A model generated the notes under the pieces. The model searched no databases and was not told the origin of the DNA. It was given only the letters and a program-made list of their open reading frames with translations. Both the position numbers and the translations under genes were made by a program. Below, in pieces: positions 58,340-64,000 of a stretch of 64,000 nucleotides of DNA. Positions within the stretch are counted from its first letter, which is position 1; the number at the start of each line of letters is the position of its first letter. This DNA comes from a bacterium (GTDB lineage Bacteria > CLD3 > SB21): the NCBI GenBank assembly GCA_013360215.1, contig JABWCP010000008.1, positions 62,001-126,000 of the forward strand. The letters are read 5' to 3'.

Positions 58340-61300
58340 TTAGCCGATGCCTTTGCCCAGATAGGGACGCAGTCTGGGCGGTACGACGGTACGAATCAGC
58401 GCTTCGCGCAGCACCCATTCTTCATTTTCGGGTACTTTGACGAGCGTACGAAATGCGCCGCTTTCCAATACAGCGATGGGCACACCGTTTTGATACAGCA
58501 CACGGTTTTGTGCGAGCGCGGCCACTCTATCGCCCGGGATGACGCTCCCCAAAAGATTGAGCGGATCTACGGCCGAGAGCGCGACCATCGCCTGATCCGG
58601 TTTTTCACGACGGATCGCACGCAGTTTGGTCACCGCTTCGGGTAGTGCAAACTGTTCACCGGAAATGCTCTCCACAAAACGTCCGCCGCGGATTTCTCCG
58701 CGCGCTTCCATTTTGCGCAGCATCCGCACGAGGTCCCGCCACGGCGGCGTCCACGCTTCGCGCTCGACCAATCGGCGAAACACAACCCCGTAGCGTTTGA
58801 GTAGCCGATCGGCTGAAAACTGTAACGCAGTTTCTTCGGCAACCGGTATCGCATCCGTAAATGTCGTTTGGATCAAGCCCCAACGGCCCGCATTGTCCAT
58901 CGAAAAAGGCGGCAGTTTACGATGATGTGCCGATTGCGTTTTATATTTGGCCGGTACTAAAAGCGCCCGCAATCCGTTGAAACTGTCGGCCGTCACCAGC
59001 CCGAGCGCGACCAGCTCTGCCATACCGTCCTCCGCCTGCGAACGCAGTACGCCCGCGTACTCCGCCACTTCATGAAAAAATGACGCGCCGCGTTGCTTGA
59101 GAAAATCATACACTGCCTGCGCCGCATGGGATAACGCATCGCTGCCCGTATGATCTGCGGATGTGATCGCGTGCCACAATCCGATATGTTTGCGCTGCTG
59201 CAGCACGATCGGTGTGGACTTGACCGGCCCGCTCCCGCCGGAGGTGCGCGCATACCGCACACGCCCCCACACGATGCGTCCGGACAGACACGCCATATCC
59301 AACATGGCCGGATCGTACTCTGCGATACGCAGCGGAAGGATATCGCTTTCCCATGCTACCGCCGCCGCTTCGTAGCCTTCCATTTGTTCGATGATCGTAA
59401 GCAAAGCCTCCGGTCCTTCTAAGCGATCCGCCGATCCGGCGTGCTGCCACACTAAAAGAAAACGCATAAAATCCGACAGCGGCACGGCTTCGATTTCTTT
59501 ACGCAGTCGCTCCATCGTATAGCGATGAATGCGCGCCAGCAAACGCCGTTCACACCATTCGACCGCCGATGCGGGATCGGTAAAAGAACCGCGAAATACA
59601 AAACCTTCGTTTTCCAATGTTAGCAGCGCGATGTGCACTTCCGACTCGGCGATGGTCAGATCCTGCGCGAGACGCGCGGTTGTGACCGGACCCAAACCTT
59701 CGAGGCGACCGCGTACGATCTCGACGAGCGCTTTGTCGCGTTCCCAGGTTTTGCGAAGTATTTTTTCAGGAATGATAAGGTCGGTCGGATGCACCACTTC
59801 AAACCCGCAGGTTTTAAACTGAGGCATACGTTCGACACTAGTATATACGGCATGCGATCCGCCGGACGAAATTTTAGCGACACGTTTTTGAGCGATCAGC
59901 AGGTCGGCTAATTTTTGGAACGGACGTATCTCCTGTCCCGTCATGCATCCGATCAGCGTCAGTGCATCATGCAGTTCGTCCGTATTTTCCGGCGACGGCC
60001 ACGCTTCACTGCGTACGCGTTCAATAGCTTGGATATCTAGTTTACCGAGGTCGGCCGCTTCGGAAGGATCAGTCCAGCGACGATTGGCAATTGCACGCGT
60101 GCGGCGTTCTTCCAGCGGTGCCGGATCCAAAAAGGCATAGGGCCGGGCGTTGAGTATTTCCTGCGCAAACGGCGACGGTTCCCTCAGATCACGACCTATG
60201 CGACGGATTTGTGCATTCTCCATTTGCCGAAGCAAATCTTCCAGCGTTTCGATATCCATCGCTTCGTACAAACAATCTTCGATCGTCTGAGCGACCAAAG
60301 GATGATCCGGGATTTCGCGTTCTCCGACGATATTCTCCAAACACGCCAACTGATCGGGAAATACCAACGCGACGAGATCCTGCGCTTGCATGCGCTGTAT
60401 TTGCGCCGGTACGCGTTTACCGTTGCGGGTGCGCTGCATCGCCAGCGAACGCGTGGCATTCCATCGCCAACGGATTTCAAACATCGGCGAATCGAATACG
60501 GCCTGGATCAGCGTGTCCCGCGCAATTTTGGAATTGAGGTAGTCAAATACTTCTTCGATGGGAAAACTGTGCGTCGAACCGAGGGATAATACGATGGCAT
60601 CGTCGGTGGCAGCCGCCTGCAATTCAAAATTAAATTTACGGCAAAATTTTTTGCGCAACGCCAATCCCCACGCACGATTCATCCGATTGCCAAACGGAGC
60701 GTGAATGACCAAATGCATGTCGCCCGCTTCATCAAAAAAACGTTCGAGGATGATCGTATCCTGCGTGGGCATCGCTTCCAAAGCCAAATACCCCGAAGCG
60801 ACGTAATGCACCAGTTGTTCCGCCGCGCCCAATCCCAGTCCGAGCTCCGAACAAAGCCATTGCACGGCCGGTTGCATCCACGGTGTTTTTCCCGGCACGG
60901 CCGGACCGTCGGGATTTTGCCGAACCGACGCACTGAGCACCTGCGGCTTGAGCATTTCGACCGAACCCAACTGTTCACCGATTTTTTCGCGTAAGCGTGC
61001 GACCGCTTGGGATAATTCGATTGTGCGCCCCGGCGCTTCGCCGAGCCAAAACGGAATCGAAGGCGGCGCCTGTCCGGCATCCACGACGCGCACGACACCG
61101 TCATTGACGCGGGTGATTTTCCAGGAATGATTGGCTAACTGGAAAATATCGCCGGCTGAACTTTCGATGGCAAAGTCTTCGTTGAGCGTACCGATAAACG
61201 TATCCGTCGGTTCGAGACGGACGTCGTACTCAAAATTATCCGGGATGGCTCCACCGGATGTCAAAGCGACGAGCCGTGCGGCAGGACGTGCGCGCACGAC

Positions 61301-62740
61301 ACGATGAACCATATCATGATGGAGATAAGCGCCCCGGCGACCGCGGCGTGTCGTAAATCCTTCCGAAAGCATGGTGAGTATTTCGTCAAACGTTTCGCGC
61401 TTCAGGTTACGAAAGGGATAAGCCTTTTGACTCAGAGCGAATAATTCATCTTCGGTGCATTCGCGGCAGGATGTTTCGGCGATGATTTGCTGAGCCAAAA
61501 TGTCAATCGGTTGTTCGGGCATCAGAATCCGGTCCAGTTCACCTCGGTACACGGCGTCCAGCAAAGCCGTACATTCGACAAGTTCGTCCCGCGTGAGCGG
61601 AAACAAGCGTCCTTTGGGCGTGCCATGAATGCTGTGACCCGAACGGCCTACACGCTGCAGGAACGCCGCGATCGAACGCGGTGAACTGATCTGGCATACG
61701 AGGTCAACGGAGCCGATATCAATACCCAGCTCCAGCGAAGCCGTAGCGATCAAAGCGCGGAGCGATCCCGATTTGAGTCGCTGCTCCGCGTCGAGGCGAT
61801 GTTCTTTGGACATACTGCCGTGATGCGCGCGTACAACATCCGCACCGAGGCGTTCAATGAGTTGAAACGAAAGCCGCTCTGCCAATCGGCGCGTATTGAC
61901 AAAAATAAGCGTCGTGCGGTGTTCGGAAATCAGCTCGACCAAGCGCTCGTAGATTTCGTCCCACACTTCGCTTTCCATCACGGCGCCGAGCGGCGAACGC
62001 GGTATTTCGATACCGAGATCCATCGCACGCCGATGACCGACGTCAATGATCGTACACGGCGCAGCACCGGGCTCCAAGCGGCCGATGAGAAAATCGGCAA
62101 CTTGGGTAAGTGGTTTTTGCGTTGCAGAAATGCCTATCCGAGTCAACGGTCGGGAAACCAGCGATTGCAGGCGCTCGAGCGACAAGGCGAGATGCGATCC
62201 GCGTTTACTGCCGACCAAGGCGTGGATTTCGTCCACGATAGCGATACGCGCGGATTGGAGCATCTTGCGACCACCGTCGCTGGTGAGCAAAACGTATAAT
62301 GACTCCGGCGTAGTGACGAGAATATGCGGCGGCGACTTGAGCATGGCGGCACGTTCGCCTGCCGGTGTATCGCCCGTACGCACTTGCACACGTATCTCCA
62401 CGCGGGGCAATCGCAGCGATTCCAATTCGTCCTGTATAGCCTGCAAAGGACGTTGAAGATTTTTTTCGATATCGTTGGAAAGCGCTTTGAGCGGAGATAC
62501 GTACACGATGCGCGTTTCTTGCGGAAGCCCGCGTTCAAGGCCTTCGATGACTAAATCATTCACAATTGCAAGAAACCCGGCCAAGGTTTTACCGGAACCC
62601 GTGGGTGCGGCGATCAGCGTATGCTTTTTTTCTACAATGGCAGCCCATGCCTGCGATTGGACTTCGGTCGGTTGCCGGTATTCACGGACAAACCAGCGTG
62701 CAATGGCCGGATGAAAATTTCGCGGGATCGAAGCGTCCAT
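58340..62740 (-). CDS. lhr: Lhr-family ATP-dependent helicase with an extended C-terminus
   Basis: APTGSGKT, SPLKALSND, TTPES, DEIH, SAT and QRVGRSGH; C-terminal EIRGGRFV...GEQFA. Confidence 0.92.
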   Translation of the reverse strand: MDASIPRNFHPAIARWFVREYRQPTEVQSQAWAAIVEKKHTLIAAPTGSGKTLAGFLAIVNDLVIEGLERGLPQETRIVYVSPLKALSNDIEKNLQRPLQAIQDELESLRLPRVEIRVQVRTGDTPAGERAAMLKSPPHILVTTPESLYVLLTSDGGRKMLQSARIAIVDEIHALVGSKRGSHLALSLERLQSLVSRPLTRIGISATQKPLTQVADFLIGRLEPGAAPCTIIDVGHRRAMDLGIEIPRSPLGAVMESEVWDEIYERLVELISEHRTTLIFVNTRRLAERLSFQLIERLGADVVRAHHGSMSKEHRLDAEQRLKSGSLRALIATASLELGIDIGSVDLVCQISSPRSIAAFLQRVGRSGHSIHGTPKGRLFPLTRDELVECTALLDAVYRGELDRILMPEQPIDILAQQIIAETSCRECTEDELFALSQKAYPFRNLKRETFDEILTMLSEGFTTRRGRRGAYLHHDMVHRVVRARPAARLVALTSGGAIPDNFEYDVRLEPTDTFIGTLNEDFAIESSAGDIFQLANHSWKITRVNDGVVRVVDAGQAPPSIPFWLGEAPGRTIELSQAVARLREKIGEQLGSVEMLKPQVLSASVRQNPDGPAVPGKTPWMQPAVQWLCSELGLGLGAAEQLVHYVASGYLALEAMPTQDTIILERFFDEAGDMHLVIHAPFGNRMNRAWGLALRKKFCRKFNFELQAAATDDAIVLSLGSTHSFPIEEVFDYLNSKIARDTLIQAVFDSPMFEIRWRWNATRSLAMQRTRNGKRVPAQIQRMQAQDLVALVFPDQLACLENIVGEREIPDHPLVAQTIEDCLYEAMDIETLEDLLRQMENAQIRRIGRDLREPSPFAQEILNARPYAFLDPAPLEERRTRAIANRRWTDPSEAADLGKLDIQAIERVRSEAWPSPENTDELHDALTLIGCMTGQEIRPFQKLADLLIAQKRVAKISSGGSHAVYTSVERMPQFKTCGFEVVHPTDLIIPEKILRKTWERDKALVEIVRGRLEGLGPVTTARLAQDLTIAESEVHIALLTLENEGFVFRGSFTDPASAVEWCERRLLARIHRYTMERLRKEIEAVPLSDFMRFLLVWQHAGSADRLEGPEALLTIIEQMEGYEAAAVAWESDILPLRIAEYDPAMLDMACLSGRIVWGRVRYARTSGGSGPVKSTPIVLQQRKHIGLWHAITSADHTGSDALSHAAQAVYDFLKQRGASFFHEVAEYAGVLRSQAEDGMAELVALGLVTADSFNGLRALLVPAKYKTQSAHHRKLPPFSMDNAGRWGLIQTTFTDAIPVAEETALQFSADRLLKRYGVVFRRLVEREAWTPPWRDLVRMLRKMEARGEIRGGRFVESISGEQFALPEAVTKLRAIRREKPDQAMVALSAVDPLNLLGSVIPGDRVAALAQNRVLYQNGVPIAVLESGAFRTLVKVPENEEWVLREALIRTVVPPRLRPYLGKGIG

Positions 62741-62799
62741 AAAAAATACAATGCCATTTCTACATGGGGGTTTGCAAACGGTCGTTAACGGAAAACATG

Positions 62800-63405
62800 T
62801 TAAGCGCGCTTTCGCGCATAAACATTAGCCGATTTCCTGCGGTTACCGCAGGTTTTCATACTGCACCACCGCCGCGTTTTGTTTTTTCCTTGGTCGTAAA
62901 AAAACAAACGGCATCGGGGATTCGCACACTGTTTTATGCGCGACGGATCGCCGGATTCCAAGAGGTCAACCAACGAAACGGCTAGGGGTACTACAAAATG
63001 TTCCGGCGATTGGAATGCGTACGCGGCTTGTTTTTTAAAACCCGACGGCGATTCCTCAAGCCGTAGCACCATGCCTCCGGATGACAAAATAAAATTTATC
63101 TCATCCGTGGCCGTTTTCGGTACAGGTTTATGTGCCATGATACAGCTTAACACTTCAAAACATACCCGCCGAAATTTATGAACTTTTCGCAACACGGCTT
63201 CGGATTCGGGTGAATGGGTCCATATGCGATTCAGTTCATTACGACGCGCATGCGTGAGTATACCCGCCTCCTCCATCCATACCAAAATATCTTTGTTATG
63301 CTGCAATGTTTCTACAGTGCTGTTTTTCTGAAGATACACCGTATTGACAAAATCCATTACGGTATGACCGCCTAAAAAAATAAAAGATGGGGATGCGTTT
63401 TTCAT
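62800..63405 (-). CDS. ABATE/CGNR zinc-finger protein
   Basis: DFVNT and CANPRC...RRWCSMKTCGNR. Confidence 0.92.
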   Translation of the reverse strand: MKNASPSFIFLGGHTVMDFVNTVYLQKNSTVETLQHNKDILVWMEEAGILTHARRNELNRIWTHSPESEAVLRKVHKFRRVCFEVLSCIMAHKPVPKTATDEINFILSSGGMVLRLEESPSGFKKQAAYAFQSPEHFVVPLAVSLVDLLESGDPSRIKQCANPRCRLFFYDQGKNKTRRWCSMKTCGNRRKSANVYARKRA

Positions 63406-64000
63406 TTGTGATCTTTGAAAATATGTGATCAGATAGCCAATTTTCGCAGTTTGATACGAGTGTATGTCAAAGTTTACGTTAAGAAAAAACTATGGACGAA
63501 AACAATCGAGTACCACCAATTAATCGTAGCATGAAACCGAACCTAATGTAATCGGTTATCAACTATGCATTTTAAACATAGTTGTTCATTGATCAGTTTA
63601 AGCAGTGCGTTCCTATTGTACAAGGCATTTTACTACGCTTCGCTCGTGATATTACAGTCTAATATGAAATACTATTTGGGGAAATATTAATCGACGTGAT
63701 CTTTATCGTGTTTTACGATAATTTAGAATAAGCTTGAGGTTGGGGCGCATACTTACAGTCCTGTAAAAAAGAAAATTGTTTTAGTTAATTAATCCTTCAT
63801 TTTTAAACAACAAATACTCTATAGGCACCAAAGAGAAAATAGAATTAACATCGTGTGTATATATCTAAAATGAGATTTATAGAAAGCAATCTGAATCAAA
63901 CCTTACAAGACAGCCGCAATGGCGATTTTATTTTCTTCACTTTCTCATTCGCATTCACAAGAATCCCTCAAAACTTTCACTACAAAGTTTGTCTTCACCG

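Noticed and set aside
1-64000. CRISPR array, rRNA, tRNA, integrase or transposase
   Set aside because: No regularly spaced repeat-spacer series and no recognisable RNA-gene or recombinase motifs were seen by eye. The 59-bp and 80-bp repeats occur only twice each.
63406-64000. 600-bp AT-rich ORF-free end as a possible ncRNA or element
   Set aside because: No convincing stem, repeat or motif was seen. It is probably the regulatory region of a gene beyond the window.

Overview
A 64-kb bacterial chromosome segment from a diderm, probably FCB-group-like organism (inferred from lipoproteins, beta-barrels and Bacteroidota-type gene families combined with Shine-Dalgarno sites and sigma70-type promoters). 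Housekeeping and metabolic genes include the tail of a probable kynurenine/2-aminomuconate cluster, cysS, dusB, mazG, panD, folC, clpP, acs and lhr. Accessory blocks are: (1) a GxxExxY nuclease gene inside a 17-bp inverted repeat, with three gene-free copies elsewhere, two of them within identical 80-bp direct repeats bracketing a four-gene surface-protein cassette whose first gene is out of frame at a G10 tract; (2) a four-helix-bundle gene fused in frame to RidA; (3) a defence island with two complementary MTase-like genes and a GIY-YIG/SF2 helicase, interrupted by stacked Bro-N copies that each carry a coding-strand palindrome; (4) a PadR/orphan ABC permease/TPR/3xDUF4386 block; (5) an unusual nap operon in which NapA is followed by two tetraheme cytochromes, an FeS protein and an NrfD-type membrane subunit instead of NapC or NapGH; (6) an AvaI/BsoBI-like Type II R-M pair. 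A PdxJ homologue appears catalytically degenerate. I saw no rRNA, tRNA, CRISPR array, integrase or transposase. All family calls come from motif recognition by eye, not from database searches.
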